This document shows positions 60,303-64,000 of a DNA stretch of 64,000 nt, piece after piece; position 1 is the first letter of the stretch; every line of letters starts with the position of its first letter. Under the pieces are notes generated by a model. It did not search any database, was not told the origin of the DNA, and saw only the letters and a list, made by a program, of their open reading frames with translations. This stretch comes from Heterodontus francisci (taxonomy: Eukaryota). The DNA lies in contig NC_090399.1 of assembly GCF_036365525.1 (NCBI RefSeq), positions 42,750,430-42,814,429 of the forward strand. Direction: 5' to 3'. Both the position numbers and the translations under genes were made by a program.

Positions 60303-61380
60303 AGGTTATAAGGTTATCTTTATATAACTCCTTTAATCTTAGAAACTTCCCAAGGTGCTTCACACAAGCAGTATAAAGCAAGATTTGATAAAAGCCACAT
60401 AAGGTGATATTATAATGTAGAAATGTGGTTTAAGAGGGTCTTTAAGGAGACAGGGCAAGAGGCAGAGATGTTTGAGAGGAAATGCTAGAGCTTAGGGCCC
60501 AGGCAGCTGAAGGCACGGCTGCCAATGGTGGAGCGATTAAAATCAGGGAAGATTAACAAGACAGAATTAGAGGAGCGTAGAGATCTCAGAGGTTTGTAGG
60601 GCTTTATGAGATTACAGAGATAGGCAGGGGTGTAGTGGCTTGAGTAGGTTACAGAGATAGCTTGGGGCATTGGGGCTGGAGTAGGTTAGAGATAAGTAGG
60701 AGTGTCGGGGCTGGAGGAGGTTACAGAGATAGGGAGGGGTGTAGGGGCTGGTTGAGGTTACAGAGATAGGGAGGGGTGTAGGGGATGTGTTTTCCAACTA
60801 TGTTGCTGAGGGGCAGCATGTAGGGGACAAATATGAGGGGCCAAGGATAGATCCTGGGGGACACCAGAGGTAATGGTGTGGGAGCAGGAAGAGAAGCCAT
60901 TGTAAGTGATTCTCTGACTCTGATTAGATAGATAAGCATGAAACCAGGTGAGAGCAGTCCCACCCAGCTGGACGACAGTGCAGAGGTGTTGGAGGAGGAT
61001 GGTGTGGTCAACCATGTCAAAGACTGCAGACAGGTTGAAAAGGACGAGGAGGGAAAGTTGACCTTTGTCACAGTCACATAGGATGTCATTTGTGACTTTG
61101 ATAAGAGCTGTTTCAGTATGGTGACAGGGGCAGAAACCTGATTGGAGGATTCAAACATGGTGTTCTGGGAAAGATGACCATGGATTTGGGAGGTGACAAC
61201 ACGTTCAAGGACTTTGGAGAGGAAAGGGAGTTTGGAGATGGCGCGTTAGTTTGTAAGACAGAGCGGGACAAGGGCTGTTTTTTTTTAGGAGAAGGATGAT
61301 AACTGGAGATTTGAAAGGGAGTGGGATAGAACTTGAGGAGAGGGAACAGTTAACAATATCAACTCATATGGTAGCCAGGA
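60303..61380 (-). mobile_element. L2-clade LINE fragment with 3' end
   Basis: VDHTILLQHL..GTALTWFHAYLSNQSQ..TSGVPQ and YKPLRSLRSS..GSRAFS..GPKL. Confidence 0.82.
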
Positions 61381-61917
61381 AAGGACTCAGCCCCGTCCAT
61401 CTGAGCACCGCAAAGCTGAGGCCCCGGGGCTGTCGGCTCCTGTGCCGAGCCCGACCCCACTCCCTATCCTAGTCCCTCGGCTGGGCTTGTCCTGACACAA
61501 ACCTCCCACACCCAACACCGTCTGACTCGGAGAAAGAGGAAGAAAGAGAGATGGCAGTGACCAGATGGTGGGAATGGAAGGGAGACGGACTCAAATAAAG
61601 TGTCTCCAGAAAAATAATCAATTCACATGAGAAGATTTCCAGCATCTGCAGCATTTTGAATTTTGTAAGAACATTTTTGTTTTCTGAGCAGATGTGAGGA
61701 GCTGAGAATCGAACCAATGGAGATGGAGGAGAGACTGTGGCTGCTGTTTCTCCTCCTGTCCTGCAGGGGGTGGTGTTAGTCTCTTCCAGCCCCCACTCCC
61801 ACCGCTGGGGGTATTTTCACATCCCAGCGATTCCTGCTGTCATTCTGTTGATGGAAGTCTGGGGATAAATTTTCCATTTATGGACTGGAAACACTGGGAC
61901 CTGCCCCTGGGCTGCTC

Positions 61918-62809
61918 TCAGTTGTTTTGTTTATTCATTAATTGAATAATTGATGTAACTGGATATTTCACCGCGATCTTGACCTGCTCTCTGAACTTGG
62001 ACTGAGTCACCACATAAATAAATGTGTTTGTGCAGCAACTTAATGTCAGCAGCATATATTCGAATAACTGAAATATATATTCAGAATCGGTGCAATCCGT
62101 GTTCTGTTCCTGTAATGTTATAAGAATTCTGAAAAAAACACCAACCACAGAAGTATGAAGTTGCCGGATATGCTGAAGAGTAAAATCACAGACTTCCTTC
62201 TGCTCTCCATCTCTGGGTCACTGTGATTCTCTCCCTTGCTCTGACCCCTCAGTCCCTTACGGACTCGAGTGGCCACTAAAATGTATCTGACTGTCAGAGT
62301 GTTGAGCAACAGGATTAAAGCGAATGGGATCAATGGGGTTAAAACCAATTCAAACCTGGCATATCTCACCCATCCAGGATCAGTAAAATAGCTTGGCTTT
62401 GCAAACCAGAACCACGGTAGATTGTCGATTATCTCTCCAGGTTCATATATAAAGTAGAAGGGGACATTTTTTAAAACTGAGCAGAATACAGGTTGTTGCT
62501 AGAACCACAGCCGCAGTTTTCTCGGTACAATATTTTGTTTTCAGCTTCTGGCAACAAATGGCCACAAATCGATCTAAGGTGAAAGTGATGGTGAACCAGA
62601 CAGAACAGTCTATGGCTGCACAAAGCAGGAGAAGGATAACACTACACACAGGAATGATCCCTGGAAATAATAATAAATGATCCGCCACAGTATGACCTCA
62701 GTGATAATGACCAGTAGATCCGCCGTTGCCATGGCCACCAGGTAGCCAGTGGTGCAGGTGGAGAGGCCGCACTTTCCCCGGGACAGGATCACAATCGCCA
62801 GTAAATTAA
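61918..62809 (-). pseudogene. GPR139-like class A GPCR, main coding exon, frameshifted
   Basis: Acceptor ..CTCTCTTACAG|TTAAT at 62810/62809. Motifs ILSRGKCGLS..YLVAMATADLL, DCSVWFT..FTLDRFVAIC and CTNTFIY..SKFRE. Split across four ORFs, so at least three frameshifts. Confidence 0.88.
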
Positions 62810-62882
62810 CTGTAAGAGAGAGAAGGGAAAAGAGACAGGAAATTACTGATCAAACATTCTCCGTGTCTGACCCAGACAGTAA

Positions 62883-63535
62883 GGGCAGGATTTTAGCACA
62901 AAAACAGGGGTCAGAGGTTAAAATATAGAAATCTTAACCCTGATCCCAACTGACCTCCAACCTGCCCACCTCCAGATCGGACTTCACCCCTCCGTGGGAT
63001 CTCACCCTACCACTCCCTGGAGTCAGACACCACCATCACTAGGACCATAACTCCCTGGGATCAGAGTCTCCTCCTTGGATGGGACTCCCCTACAGGCTCG
63101 GACCCGCTCTACCAGGATCAAACCACCTTCCCGTGTTCGGAAGCCCCCGAAAAATCAGGTTTCATCGTGTCTTGGATCAGTCACTCCCCTCGTCCTCCCC
63201 CGACTTGGACCACACTGTAGGAGAGGAGACCACTCCCCGGTGTTGAGGATCGACAGACCAGTGATCGGAGATGTCACCCCTCTCTCCCCCTCTGGAGATG
63301 GTGATTGGACACCCCCCGATATCAGGCATCTCCCCAAAACACCGGAGTCAGCATTTGGACCGCCCTGGTCTTGAGGCCTGCTCCAGAGTCCGCCCTGCCC
63401 GACTGGAGGCCAAGCCTGTCAATCAGGCTGACTTCAGGGTGGGGAACCTGTCAAGGATAAAAGAGGCAGTCTGTGGAGTTAAAACTCTGAAACTCTGCTC
63501 CCCACCTATGTCACTCACCCCTGTTAATATCCAGG
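62883..63535. mobile_element. Possible MITE / non-autonomous DNA element with internal degenerate repeats
   Basis: Imperfect inverted ends GCAGGATTTTAGCA and TGTTAATATCCAGG. Confidence 0.35.
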
Positions 63536-63549
63536 AATAAACATTGGCG

Positions 63550-63900
63550 TAAAAACAAAATACTGAAACTGCTGTAAATCTGATAAAAATAGGAGAATAT
63601 TGAAAAAAACTCAGCAGGTCAGGCAGCATCTGTGGAGAGAGAAACAGAGTTAATGTTTCAGGCTGATGGGCTTTCATCAGAACTGGAAGATATTAGAGAT
63701 TAACAGTTTTAAAGCAATCATGTAGTCAGTGAAAAGTGGGGTATAGGGGGAGGAAAGAACAAAAGGGAAGGTCTGTGATCGGGTGGAGGGCAGGAGTGAT
63801 TCAATGATAAAAGGGATGATGGTGCAAGGTGAATGGGACAATTAAAGAAACAGAGGATGGGTCCAGAGGAGGTGTAAATGGTTACAGCAGAATAACAGAG
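63550..63900. mobile_element. Common shark repeat, probably a Penelope-like terminal region
   Basis: CTCAGCAGGTCAGGCAGCATCTGTGGAGAGAGAAACAGAGTTAA, recognised from memory. A related inverted fragment lies near 61635-61670. Confidence 0.5.
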
Positions 63901-64000
63901 GAGAAGGTTCCAGGGGCCGGGAAAAGTGATGGAGAATGGTGGGTAGACTCCAGGGGTGTGGACCAGTCTGCCAGCTGTGTACTAATAAGGGATCCTCACC

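Overview
This is vertebrate DNA, almost certainly shark: it carries HE1-type tRNA-derived SINEs, CR1/HER-like LINEs and a shark-type GPR139-like GPCR. Roughly 90% of the window is transposable elements and minisatellites, and there is no complete intact host gene. Two host-gene pieces are present, both on the - strand: a probable MHC class I leader exon (MIGLIVLVLLCGGVSA, 8573-8621) and a frameshifted GPR139-like exon (61918-62809). Three observations stand out. (1) An ~18 kb insertion (about 8815 or 8873 to 27023) carries a decayed Mutator/MULE (FAR1-DDE-SWIM) transposase and separates the leader exon and CCAAT boxes from an X1-X2-Y (SXY-type) module at 27056-27098. (2) About 12.6 kb of that insertion is a 45-bp minisatellite that appears to have expanded inside the transposase reading frame. 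(3) In intron 1, a young RTE retrotransposon with an uninterrupted RT ORF is associated with a triplicated target (731-bp and 1406-bp direct copies) and a second ~30-nt copy of its own 3' end at an identical junction. Most long ORFs in the supplied track are by-products of tandem repeats. All family assignments come from motif recognition by eye; no database search was run.
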